64,000 bases of DNA from Basidiobolus meristosporus CBS 931.73 (taxonomy: Eukaryota; Fungi; Basidiobolomycota), in contig MCFE01000142.1 in the NCBI GenBank assembly GCA_002104905.1, positions 92,201-156,200 on the forward strand. Direction: 5' to 3'. Shown here one piece after another: positions 49,788 to 61,123 of this stretch (position 1 is its first letter; each line of letters opens with the position of its first letter). The translations under genes were made by a program, and so were the position numbers. A model generated the notes under the pieces. The model was not told the origin of the DNA and did not search any database. It saw nothing but the letters and a program-made list of their open reading frames with translations.

Positions 49788-50591
49788 TGTGGTAGGGTAA
49801 ACATACCTCCCACAGACAAGTTTATTCATATAGTCATTATGATATACTTATCCATATTTTATCTTATCAGTATTATCCCATTCTTCTTTTGCCCATATTA
49901 TCAGTATTATCCCCATATGATGTTTACCCTGATTAGTTATTAGCATTAGTTATCCCAGATGTTATTCAGCTTTGTGATCAGTAGATGTATCTATATAAGG
50001 CAAGTACCCGCGTCAGTACCCGTGACACATGACCTAAGTCTGTGTTACCATCCCTACCATTTCAATACCATATATGGTATTTCTATGTTGCACAGGTTTC
50101 AGACTACTGATTCCTGATTGGTTGAGAGTGCTGTGCCTTTTAGAACCTTCCAGGACATTCTTGGCGTATTTTTAGCTCATAGTGATGTCATCAAGAATTC
50201 CACTGATACCTAGAATCTTCTAGAACCTTGTCATTAGTAATCACTTGGCAATCAGGAAAAGTATTTAAGGGAAAGCAATCCCTCAACAATAAATCATCCC
50301 TTCTATCAGTAACACTTCTACCTTATTGATTAGCAGTTGATCACTGCCCCTGCCTTCAACAGTACATCTCAGACCTGCCATCAAGGAGCTTTTCAGGGTA
50401 GTGCACAAGACACACAGAGGCCTTTGGAGACACTTGGAGCACCTAGGAAGCTAGAGAAGCAGGAGCTTTTACCATAGTGACATATTGACAAAGACACCAG
50501 CAGTTTAGACACAGAGGTTATTGCACCCATCAGACACCTCACACACCTTGAGTTGTGTAGCTTCTCCCAGGAGTACCTCTACACCACCACA
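49788..50591 (+). repeat. 5' LTR (804 bp)
   Basis: TGTGG...CCACA; direct repeat of 52601-53404. Confidence 0.97.
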
Positions 50592-50595
50592 TATT

Positions 50596-50613
50596 TGGCA
50601 CCCAACGTGGGGG
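50596..50613 (+). promoter_or_regulatory. Primer-binding site, tRNA-Lys(CUU) type
   Basis: TGGCACCCAACGTGGGG versus the classical Lys1,2 PBS TGGCGCCCAACGTGGGGC; one CpG>CpA change. Confidence 0.85.
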
Positions 50614-50665
50614 GTTTGACTGAACTGCCCCTAGAAGACTTAAGAAAGAACAAATTATCAAGACC

Positions 50666-52522
50666 ATGGATCTACCTTTACCAGGAATGCAAGGAACCCC
50701 TTTCTTTGATGGAACCAAAGTCAAAGCTTTCATCAAGAGGTGGGAGCTTTTCTGCAGAGCCCACAAAATACCTGAGGCCATTATGGCTCAAGAGATGCCC
50801 CCCTACAGCACTGATGAGATCATGCTCTCATTATATGAAAGAAATGATCTGCTGACAAATTGGACCCTCTTGAAGAGCTACTTGATTGATGAATATGGAG
50901 AGAGACAAGTTGACTACACACTTCAAGACTTGGAGAACTTTGCTTATAGCAAGTTTAAGCAGCTACCATTGAAAGAATACTTGAGTGGCCTTGAGCAAAT
51001 TGGAGAGTCACTGAAAGCCCAAGGCATTATCACTGATCTGACTTTATCTGCCTATCTGCTCAGAGCACTACCAGAAGGCCTGGTGAGAAGGATTGAAAAC
51101 AATCCTACTGTGAAAGCTATGAGTTCACTGCCTGCATTTCAGTTAGCTAAGCAGATTCTACTTGCCCCTGAAGAAACCTCACCAATCAGAAAGCTTCTTT
51201 CAAGCCCAGAACAAAACCAAGATAGCCAAGACATACTTAATCCCAGCAATCAAAGCACTCAAATTCAGGAGTTGACACAGCAACTAGAGAAACTCTCTTT
51301 GCTACTTACCAGCAAAGCATATGGTCAGAAGCCAGTAGAGAAAGAAGTCAAATATACATGCATGTGGTGTGACTCTGCCAACCACTCCAAGAGAAATTGC
51401 CAAGAGCTTCAGTCATTACTATCCACAGGTGATGTCCTATATAGTCCTCAGGGATACATAGTCAGTAAGCATGGTGACAAATTATCCACAGCATTTGGAC
51501 AAGGAGGAATGAGAGTTCACTACAAGCAAGTCACCTCTCAAACAAGAAAGGTTCACCTCCATGAAGAAGAAGATCCTGACTACTTTGATCCAGCTGAAGT
51601 TCTGAACTTTGACTATGAGGACCCCAGAGAGGCCCAAGATCATATAGCTTCAATTTATGCTTCAAAGAGACACCATCCTGAAAAAATGGCTAATCCAGGC
51701 CCAGCAACAAAAGTACCAAGATGTGAGCCAGAAGTTGTGATTGAGAAGAAAGCATCACCCCCATTAATTTTACAAGAGTCTGCCAAGGCCAACAACTACC
51801 ACATGCAGCCTAGAGTCAAGCAAAATGGTACCCCAGAGGCTCTGACAAGTCATATACTAGGAAGCAACATATCAATCAAAGTTGGAGAGCTACTCAGTGT
51901 ATCACCATCTGTAAGAAAGACTCTGGATGAGCATATCAGAATAAGAAAGCATCCAATTGAAGCAACTCAAGGCAACCAGGTCAGGACAGTTCAAGGAAGC
52001 CAAAATATCAGTAAGCTGCATCAAAGCCAGAAACACTACTACTCAGTGGCAACTGCAACAACTACAGGAACTGTGCATAATCAAGAAATCCTATGTCATA
52101 TAGACAGTGGATCTGAGATATGTGTGATGCCTTTGGAGGCTTGGAAACAACTACCATGCAAAGACTTATTGCCCATAGACACCAATATCAATTGGAGCAT
52201 GAAGGATGCCAACTCAGGGCAATCAAAGCTTTTAGGAATTATTCACAGCTTCCCTCTCATCATTGAAGGAATACCCCATGAGATCCCAGTATTCATATGT
52301 GCAAAGGCTAACTTTGAATTACTTCTTGGAAGACCATGGGAGGTAAAAGCAAGAGCAACTGCAGTGAACTACCCAGATGGTTCAGCATGGTATACTATAT
52401 ACTCAGAGAGCCCAGGACTAACAGCAACCTTCTGTGGTGTGGACTCAAACAATATCCGATCAATGACATCATGTAGATTTCTATCTCAAGAAAGGACAGG
52501 TGGCTTCATTGAGGAAGACTGA
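50666..52522 (+). CDS. Gag-aspartic protease polyprotein (618 aa)
   Basis: Gag N-terminus PFFDGTKVKAFIKRWE; CCHC knuckle CMWCDSANHSKRNC; protease HIDSGSEICVM and LLLGRPW. Confidence 0.93.
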   Translation: MDLPLPGMQGTPFFDGTKVKAFIKRWELFCRAHKIPEAIMAQEMPPYSTDEIMLSLYERNDLLTNWTLLKSYLIDEYGERQVDYTLQDLENFAYSKFKQLPLKEYLSGLEQIGESLKAQGIITDLTLSAYLLRALPEGLVRRIENNPTVKAMSSLPAFQLAKQILLAPEETSPIRKLLSSPEQNQDSQDILNPSNQSTQIQELTQQLEKLSLLLTSKAYGQKPVEKEVKYTCMWCDSANHSKRNCQELQSLLSTGDVLYSPQGYIVSKHGDKLSTAFGQGGMRVHYKQVTSQTRKVHLHEEEDPDYFDPAEVLNFDYEDPREAQDHIASIYASKRHHPEKMANPGPATKVPRCEPEVVIEKKASPPLILQESAKANNYHMQPRVKQNGTPEALTSHILGSNISIKVGELLSVSPSVRKTLDEHIRIRKHPIEATQGNQVRTVQGSQNISKLHQSQKHYYSVATATTTGTVHNQEILCHIDSGSEICVMPLEAWKQLPCKDLLPIDTNINWSMKDANSGQSKLLGIIHSFPLIIEGIPHEIPVFICAKANFELLLGRPWEVKARATAVNYPDGSAWYTIYSESPGLTATFCGVDSNNIRSMTSCRFLSQERTGGFIEED

Positions 52523-52600
52523 GAGAGCACTTTGTTCTCCAAACTTACAGTGGTTAGCTAAAAAGTTTCAGGGAACTTTTTAGCTCAAGTGGGGGGTGGA

Positions 52601-53404
52601 TGTGGTAGGGTAAACATACCTCCCACAGACAAGTTTATTCATATAGTCATTATGATATACTTATCCATATTTTATCTTATCAGTATTATCCCATTCTTCT
52701 TTTGCCCATATTATCAGTATTATCCCCATATGATGTTTACCCTGATTAGTTATTAGCATTAGTTATCCCAGATGTTATTCAGCTTTGTGATCAGTAGATG
52801 TATCTATATAAGGCAAGTACCCGCGTCAGTACCCGTGACACATGACCTAAGTCTGTGTTACCATCCCTACCATTTCAATACCATATATGGTATTTCTATG
52901 TTGCACAGGTTTCAGACTACTGATTCCTGATTGGTTGAGAGTGCTGTGCCTTTTAGAACCTTCCAGGACATTCTTGGCGTATTTTTAGCTCATAGTGATG
53001 TCATCAAGAATTCCACTGATACCTAGAATCTTCTAGAACCTTGTCATTAGTAATCACTTGGCAATCAGGAAAAGTATTTAAGGGAAAGCAATCCCTCAAC
53101 AATAAATCATCCCTTCTATCAGTAACACTTCTACCTTATTGATTAGCAGTTGATCACTGCCCCTGCCTTCAACAGTACATCTCAGACCTGCCATCAAGGA
53201 GCTTTTCAGGGTAGTGCACAAGACACACAGAGGCCTTTGGAGACACTTGGAGCACCTAGGAAGCTAGAGAAGCAGGAGCTTTTACCATAGTGACATATTG
53301 ACAAAGACACCAGCAGTTTAGACACAGAGGTTATTGCACCCATCAGACACCTCACACACCTTGAGTTGTGTAGCTTCTCCCAGGAGTACCTCTACACCAC
53401 CACA
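52601..53404 (+). repeat. 3' LTR (804 bp)
   Basis: Direct repeat of 49788-50591. Confidence 0.97.
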
Positions 53405-54284
53405 GCGGGAGCCATCAATCATCAGCGGCACAATACTGAAATGCTTTTGTTTTTCATCATGCTAGTTTTGTATGAGTCCCTAATGCACTTTCATAGTGCG
53501 CGGTAACCATACCCCAACAGGTTTTAAGGATACCCACTTGCTACGTTTACTTGTGTCTAGCGGGAGTCATCAATCATCAGCCAAGTGGTAATAAAGTGAT
53601 TTTATTTTTCATCATGATAGTTTTACATGAGTCCCTAACGCACTTTTATAGTGCGCAGTAACCATACCCCATCAGGTTTTAAGGGTACCCACTTGCTACA
53701 TTTACTTGTGTCTAGCGGGAGTTATCAATCATCAGCCGCGCGGTAATAAAGTGCTTTTATTTTTCATCATGATAGTTTTACATGAGTCCCTAACGCACTT
53801 TGATAGTGCACGGTAACCATACCCCCAGAAAGTAGTGTGGATGCTTACTTTAAACGCTCACTTCTGTATTGTACAGACTATCAAAAAACAGCCGCGTGGG
53901 AATGGAACATCATAGAAAAGCATTGCTTTGTTGTTAGCAAGTATTGATGCGCAAATAGTGGTACTATGTGAATTATTGAGTAACTATTTACTCTAGTTGG
54001 TTCCAAGATATTCCTAGACAATATGCTCAAAATCAATATTAGCATCAATAGCTTGCTCTTTGATCACCAAACCACCGCACCCAATATGCGGTGGCCTTGG
54101 TTTTGTCTAGCCGTCAAGGAATGAAACCAGAGTACAGTCACAAGAGAGGCAAAAGTGAAATGTGATGAAGTAAGTGTATATGAAAGTAATATAAATCTAC
54201 AGGACAGAAGAGAACAACTAGTAGTTAAACAGCACTTACTGACACTTCACCAAGTAGAGCACCAACACAGACAATAAACAAGTC

Positions 54285-54707
54285 ATGAGGGGAAAGCTTA
54301 AGGACCGCTACTTGCGGATCAAGACCAGAAGAGGAAGCTGCCTCTACCATAGCAGTCCTTGCGCTCCAAAGGAAGACCAAGAGTTTATTATAGACAAAGT
54401 TTGCGGCAAGAGGAGCAGTACAATTACCAGTTCTGGTAGTGGTACCTTTGGAAGTCCCAAATACCTGGAGAAAACTTGGAAAAAATTGGCAGATGACTCA
54501 GTTGTCCTGAGGAGAAAACAAACCAACGCAATTGAGCTGTTCCAAAACAAACTTCAGCTTAGTTCTTTTTTGCCTCACTATAAAGTACTCCAAGTGGCTT
54601 ATTTGGATTATAAGCATATGAAGGAGAATCAGGCAGAGACTGATAAATTAAGTGATAGTCAATTGCATCACTTCTTAGATCAGGTAGAGAAACAGTTGCA
54701 CAGCTAA
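54285..54707 (+). CDS. Hypothetical 140-aa protein in the cargo-like block
   Basis: ATG-initiated ORF followed by an AT-rich tract with AATAAA; no motif recognised. Confidence 0.4.
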   Translation: MRGKLKDRYLRIKTRRGSCLYHSSPCAPKEDQEFIIDKVCGKRSSTITSSGSGTFGSPKYLEKTWKKLADDSVVLRRKQTNAIELFQNKLQLSSFLPHYKVLQVAYLDYKHMKENQAETDKLSDSQLHHFLDQVEKQLHS

Positions 54708-54978
54708 GAGATGGAACAAGAATTGACAATTACAGAAACCAAATAATTTTGCCAATGTAGTTTTGCATTTTAATAAAATAAAAGGGTGTTAATAAAAACA
54801 GAATAAAGTAAACTTATGTGTACATCAAATGACTCAAATACTGGCTAGATGGATGTTATGTAGGAGCAAGAAGCTCAGTAACCTCAAAGGAAAGATATGA
54901 TGAATGGGCCACCGACATCATCCAAATGAGTATAAAAGTGAAGAAAGTAGACATAATCCTTCATAAAAAACAAGAAGC

Positions 54979-55764
54979 ATGGAAGCAGGCAGTAGCCGTG
55001 TAGATGCCAGGAGTGAAGGTAGAGTACAAAGAGAGCGAGGAAGGGGACAAGGACGCAGAAGAGGACGCGGAACCGGGCGCGGAAGAGGAAGAGGGCAAGG
55101 AAGTGGCCAAATCCAAGAGGAGTGTGAAGGAGGTGTTGCAGCAAACATGGATGATGCTGAGCAAGTTGCTGTACTCACTACCAGGCAGCCGGTCAACCAA
55201 GTTTCCCAAGCATTGTCAGAGGTTTGACAAGAGCTTCCAGAATATAGGACAACATTGCACCATGAGATATTGCAATGTATGTGCCAGGAGATTAAACAGA
55301 GGAGGGGTGATATTGTAAAGCTAAATTGGGATATTGCTGGACTTCAAGCCCAGATTGATTTCAGTTTCCACCATTCTACTGAGGCATTAGTGGCACAAAT
55401 GGTGGAAAAGTTTGCCAGCATCAGGGCAAGCAACAAGCAGGGTGCATCTTCCAACCCAGGTGTACTTGCAAGCGACAGTATTGGAGGGGATACTACTTCC
55501 TCCCTTGAACCTACCACAAGCCAAGAGACAAGAGCAGAATCCTCCACAACAATGAGAATGGTCCCCATGCAGGTTGATATGGAAGTGTGCAAAGAAGACG
55601 TGGAGAAGCAGAGTGGGGATACTATAGGCCAACCAGAAACTGTAATGGAGGCAGAGAGACCAAGTCGTATTGTCATCTTAAAAATGCCACAGGTTGATTC
55701 ATCGCTATCACTTCCCCCATCATCACTATCTGTGCCCCCATCACCACCACCATCCTCTGGCTAA
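54979..55764 (+). pseudogene. ~261-aa RG-rich / coiled-coil protein split by one in-frame TGA (55225-55227, probably CGA>TGA)
   Basis: ORFs 54979-55227 and 55255-55764 are in the same frame with open codons between; GRGRGRG tract. Confidence 0.55.
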
Positions 55765-55887
55765 CTTGAGTAAATAAAGAATTTCCACCATCCCAAATCA
55801 ATGAATTGACAAGGAATAAGTTGAACTGATAAGATTGACAATTTACAGACTAATATATGTAAAGTATGTAGTACTTAAGAGCTAAAG

Positions 55888-58126
55888 TTGTGGTGTATTA
55901 TCAAGTATTCACCATCACATAAATCACGCAGCAGTTGTTGTATCCCTATCCCAATGGCATTAGAAGCCAGCAGTTACAAGGAGCATCGGAAAAATTTTGG
56001 CGTTTACCTGGCAACAGTGGCGGGTGTAACAAAACGCAGCTATTGCTTGATGACCATTACCCGGCCTATGAGATACTTGCTATTATATGGAGGGTATTCT
56101 GTTGAGCACTTTCAAGACAGCAAAATATCCCTGCCTTATGATGAGTGTATAGCTGAAGAAACATCTGGCCGTGGAATACTCTATGAGCCCAGCTCAAAGG
56201 TTCAAATGATTCACCTTGTAGATCTACACGGTGATGAAGACATCACAGTGACAGTTCTCCCAACTCCAGACAACATATCAACTACAGAGGCAGCCAAAGG
56301 GGTGATTTTAATTGGCAACAGCTGTGCTAGTAACCACAAGAATCTCTACATATATGGTGGTTTTGAGCTGAGCCGTAGAGAATACTCAGGGCGACATGAA
56401 AGTGCCAAAAAACGGGGGAAAAAAGCAATACAAAGCAAGAGTGGGGAGACAATCAATAGAAGACTGAGCAAGCTGGAGGTAATCATGTACAAAGATGGCA
56501 ATGGATGCTCCAGAGTATTGGAGACAAGGCCATTCTTGAATAATCCGGCAAGTATGCCTTCAGCAAGAGGTTGGGCAGTTCTTACATACGCATTTGATTG
56601 CTTATTCTTGCTGAGCGGCTATCCTACACCATTGGAACCACCTTATACCCAACCAAATGGGAGTTTTTTAAACAAGTTCTACTGTTTAAAATTGCAAACT
56701 GGTGATTGGGAAAGACAATATGTACACTCAGCAATACAGGAGCTTGGAGAAAACTTTATTGCTGTGGTAAACAAGTATGGCAGCCAAATCCAATCCATCA
56801 ACAATGCAAATGTTACATTCACCTACAATGTTGATAATCAGATCTGGATTTACCCTCCCAATCTAAGTCAGGAAGAAATGAGTACAAAGCAGCTACTAGG
56901 GCGCATTCTTAATGAATTGGCAGCAATCTCTCAGCAGCACAAGAGGGAAGGCAAAGGAAGTGCTGAGACTGAAAATATCTTGCAGCATAGTGCCCATGGT
57001 CTTACTGTCCCACTTAAGAACCATCAAGCATTTGGCGTACAATGGCTGATGTATACAGAGGCCATCCATAAAGGAGCATTGCTTGCCAATTCCATGGGAC
57101 TTGGAAAGACATTGCAGATATTAAGTCTCATATCAGAGACACCTGAGCAAAGGCCAAATCTTATTGTTGTCACGCTTGGAATACTTCTCAATTGGGTGAT
57201 GGAGATAAAGACAAAAACAAGGATATTGATGAAGAGCTTCATGTATTTCATGGAAAATTCCAAGCTATCAAGAAGTCAGATATGGAGACTAAGAGGATTG
57301 TGCTCACCACCTACCACGCACTATGTGTTGAAGCAAGGAACCCTGATTTGCCTATATGGAATGTGATATTTGGCCAAATAGTGGCTAATGAGGCAGATAC
57401 ACTTAAGAACTACAAAGGCGGTAGCTTAAATGCAGTGTGTAAAATTGATGGAGAATCCTTGATACTTGTCACTGCCACCCCCTTCCAAAATGAGATTATG
57501 GATCTTTATTCATATATCTCATTATTCAATCTATGGGAAGGCATTCCAAAGGATTTCCATCAACTCCTACTTGAGGAGGCCAATGCAAACAGGCTAGTTG
57601 AATGGGTTGTAGAAAGACTTGGCCCATTAATATTGAGACGTGTTCCAGAGTTGCAAATATTTGGAGAACGCGCAGTATCCATGCCTAGTATTCAAGAGCT
57701 GATTGTCTTGTGCCAATTCTTGCCAGAGGAGCTGCAGGAGTACAAACAACTGCAGTCAAGTCTTCCAGAGGAAGTTGGTCGGATGGGTGCAAATACCTAT
57801 CTGCGTCTGTACTCATGCCATCCATATATGTATACCTGGAGCAGGAAGAGGAATCAACTGAAAAAAGCGGCTGATGCTAGCATTGTCCAAGATGTTGAGA
57901 TGAGTGAGGATGATTTTCTACCTGAGATTGATGAGGATCTTGAGGAGGTTGCGGTTGAGGTTGAGGAGCAGCTTCAAGAGATTAATAGCAAAGAGGTTGA
58001 CAGCTCATCCATCATTCCATCTACTTCTGCACCAACTGCCATACGCACCAAAGACACCCCTACAATTGCCCAAAGAGGGCTTGTGTTAGAGGACTCCAAC
58101 AGGGTATTCATCCAAGATTTCCTCAC
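55888..58126 (+). pseudogene. Kelch-repeat plus SNF2-family ATPase fusion; frameshifted (~57220) and cut by LINE insertion before the helicase-C domain
   Basis: Kelch-like LLLYGG, LYIYGG, PSARGW..LFLLSG..FYCLKLQTGDW; SNF2 GALLANSMGLGKTLQ, NLIVV..NW..EI, IVLTTY, IVANEADTLKN, TATPFQN..DLYS, RLYSCHPY; start codon uncertain (first ATG 55954). Confidence 0.8.
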
Positions 58127-61123
58127 TTAGGGGGAGGGAAAGTCACCAAGTTGGTGAAATCTTTATTTGAGTTAAGAACTAATCTAAGTACAAATAAAGA
58201 AGCCAATTAAGAGGTCTAGAACCTCTCTAATAGGTAATCTAATTTATGTTTTGTTTCATCTCTAATGTTTGTTTCAATAAAGTAAAGCTCATCAGGGGTA
58301 AATATAAAATTCAGGGGTTTTGGGGGAAGTACAAATTGTAGATGTTTCTGATCGATATAATCCAAGACTGGAACCCAGCCTGGGATTAGGTGTAGTAGGA
58401 AAGGTGTGTGGACTTGTAAGTAGCTCTGCCACATAGATCTTATATGGTCCTGAGCCAGTAGTCTTGGTTTCTCAGCTTTTTAAAGTTTTGAAGCAAGCTC
58501 TGTTACTACAGCAGAGCCAACCAGGGTGTGCCAGCAAGAAGATTTCAGGGAGGAGTTAGATTGAAGCCATTGTTTGATGGAGGGGTTATGTGATTTCTGA
58601 AGTTTGACTAGGAAGGAAGCCCAGAGATAGATCATTTGGATTTGGTATGGGTAGAACCCAAAGACTCCATTAGTTCCATGGATATAGGGAGATACTGGAA
58701 GATAAGGTACCAAGGATCTGATATACTGATGGAGAAGTTTATCCAGACGGTGAAGTTCTCTGGAGGTTAGGGGTATAATGTGGAGACCAAATTCAAGTAC
58801 CAGCAGTACATACTGCTTCAGAAGTATAGGGATCTTTTGAATTGGAGTGTCTGGAGTGACTACTACCAGAAGCTTTTTGAGAGCCTGTTGGGCAAGACGG
58901 ATCCTATTATTCAGGTGGAGCTTTGAGTCAATCCCATGTTGACAAAACGGCAGACCTAGATATATTGCAGTTTGTTGTGGTAGAATGCTAGTGTTCTGTA
59001 TAGTTGTAGTGCATCCAATTGGGACTGTCTTGGAAATTGAGAGTGAGAGGTTGTTGGCAGCCAAGTACTTCTCAATGGTGGCAGTGTCTGCTATGGGATT
59101 AGGAGTAGCAATCTTGATATCATCTGCATAGAGAGTTAGTAGTGGATAGGGAGAGTCTGGAGAGGGGCCTTTTAGAAATAAAGGAAAGCCATGTAGGAAT
59201 ATCACAAATAGTAAGGGACCTAGTACAGATCCTTGGACTACTCCATTTGGAACCTCATAAGTCTCTGATGTACAACTTGGATGCAAAATTTTGGCTGAGT
59301 TCTCACAAAATAGAGAACGTACAAGAAGGGTCATTGGTAGTGTGGTAACTGCTAATAGCTTTCTCCAAAGCAGAGCTCTGTCCACAGAGTCAAAGGCTTT
59401 AGTAATGTCAAACAGAATGGTTGGCAATGAGAATTGAAGTGAATGATCATGGCTTAGCACTACAGCCATATCCAAGGAGAGTTTGGGCAAGAAGCCAAAC
59501 TGAGAAGGATGGAATGGATATAGTTGAGATTGCAAGGATCTTGCTATCATAAGCTCAAAGATTTTCCGGCAGGTTGGTAGGAGTGAAACTGGCCGGTAAG
59601 AACCTGGGAGTGAGTGTTTCCCCTTCCCTTTGTATAAGGGTATTACATTTGCCTGTGACCAGGCCTTTGGGGTAGTCAATTGTTGGGCACAGATAGAGTG
59701 GAATGGGAGAAGTAAGTGACTCATTTTGGAGTAGCACACCCGGAGTAGATTGTAGGTAATCAAGTCATGTCCAGGTGTAGTATTTGCAGGAAGCTTCTTT
59801 AAAATTTTCTCCAGTAGCTTTGCTGAAACCAAAATTGGAGATGTTGGACTGCTGGATATGTTACCAGTATGGTAGAAAGGAGGAGTGGGATGCACGGTTG
59901 AATCAAAGAGTATAGGGGTCAGTTTGTCTGGTGATGGTATACTCCTTGCTTGGGGTCTCATGGCTTTATATACTCTTGATATGGACCTTGTGGTGGCATT
60001 CATATTTACTAAGGGCAAGGTATCCATGATATGAGCCCATAATCTAGTATGCTCAGTGATCTGTAGTGACTTGGAGTAGGAGATTGCGCTTTCCAGGAGG
60101 TTCTGTGTTTTTGGGTTAGGGAAACATAGGTAGCTGGAATTTAAGGCAGAAATGATGGATTTCCATTTAAGTTGGTTTGCAGATGGCTTTTGGCAGGACT
60201 TGGTGGGCAGGGCCAGACAGCCAGTGATTATGATGAAATGCTGGTAAAATAGCCATGATGCATTTATATCATCACAAATCCATGCAGGTAAGCTGGGAAA
60301 TGCATATTCTGTAAGCAAGGATAGGTAATTGGCAAAGTCCTGTGTCTGTGATACTGAAGCTTTGGGTGGCAGGATTGTAAATGGCTGAAGAAGGGTACCA
60401 ATTGGTAGGGTTTTTCTGGCAGAAATGATAATATGTATTGGCTTGTGATCAGATTTCTCTAGTGAACCACAGCTGATATCCTCTGGAATGCTGGTAACCT
60501 GGTGGATGTACTGTAAGGCAGCTGGAGTAGCTGTTACCCAGTCAACACAACGTTGAGCTTGCTGAGTGTTTACAGTGACCAGATGATTTTGTTGGAGGAA
60601 CTTTGTAAAGTGCTCCTCTCAGGTTCTAAGTCTGGATGAAATAGTGGTGATATTTTCAGGGTGGGGGATATTTATATCCCCCACTACCATAAAAGGGATT
60701 GATGAGCTGTTGATGAATTCTGATGTGGCCAAGAAAATTGCCAGTGTTATGGAGTTAGACAGAGATGGAGGGAGATAGATAATAATGGCTACTATAGTTG
60801 GAAGTGTTAGAGCATAGCAGTAATACTCATAGATGATGGATACATTTGCTGAGGGTGCAAGCTTTGAAGATGAAAGAGCAACAAGTGCCATTGAGTGAGC
60901 TGGAAATTTTGGGTGAGCAGATGAATATGCGTTCAGTCTAGAGGGAAGTTTTGGCAACTTAACATCAATTAGTAGGAGCAAGGAATATTCCTCTTTCAGT
61001 AAGTTTTCTGATTCAGCTACAGTTGGAGTGATGGAGTTACAATTGAGTAAGAGTATGTTCTGTAGTCAGGCAGACTCTGAGGTTGCCTGTTCCTGCTGAA
61101 ACTCTTGCACTGCCCTTTGTAAA
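58127..61123 (-). mobile_element. Non-LTR retrotransposon (LINE) copy B, 5'-truncated or interrupted within ORF1
   Basis: APE-RT ORF2; 3' cassette 58127-58205; only ~18 ORF1 codons visible before copy A begins. Confidence 0.92.
58480..61065 (-). pseudogene. LINE B ORF2 (APE endonuclease plus RT) with one internal TGA at 60619-60621
   Basis: LLLNCNS, VVGDINIPH, SDHKP; YRPVSLL, QFGF, FDITKAFDSV, GVVQGSVLGPLLF, LYADDI, YLGLP; ORFs 60619-60981 and 58480-60318 are in frame. Confidence 0.9.

Larger units (their letters stand above)
49788..53404 (+). mobile_element. Young non-autonomous Ty3/gypsy-type LTR element encoding only Gag-protease (3617 bp)
   Basis: Two 804-bp LTRs with no difference seen by eye, 4-bp TSD GCGG (49784-49787, 53405-53408), PBS, PPT AAGTGGGGGGTGGA (52587-52600), single ORF. 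Confidence 0.95.
49590..53830. repeat. 155-bp tandem array (~4 units: ~49590-49787 and 53405-53830), split by the LTR element
   Basis: GCGGG recurs at 53405, 53560, 53715 (period 155) and 49630/49784 (154); each unit has a GCACT-N5-AGT(G/A)C hairpin. Confidence 0.9.

Noticed and set aside
53405-53830. CRISPR-like periodicity
   Set aside because: Entire 155-bp units repeat with no unique spacers, the context is eukaryotic, and there are no cas genes.
473-53905. Shared 13-mer AGCCGCGTGGGAA at ~475 and ~53890
   Set aside because: Similarity does not extend in either direction; likely chance.
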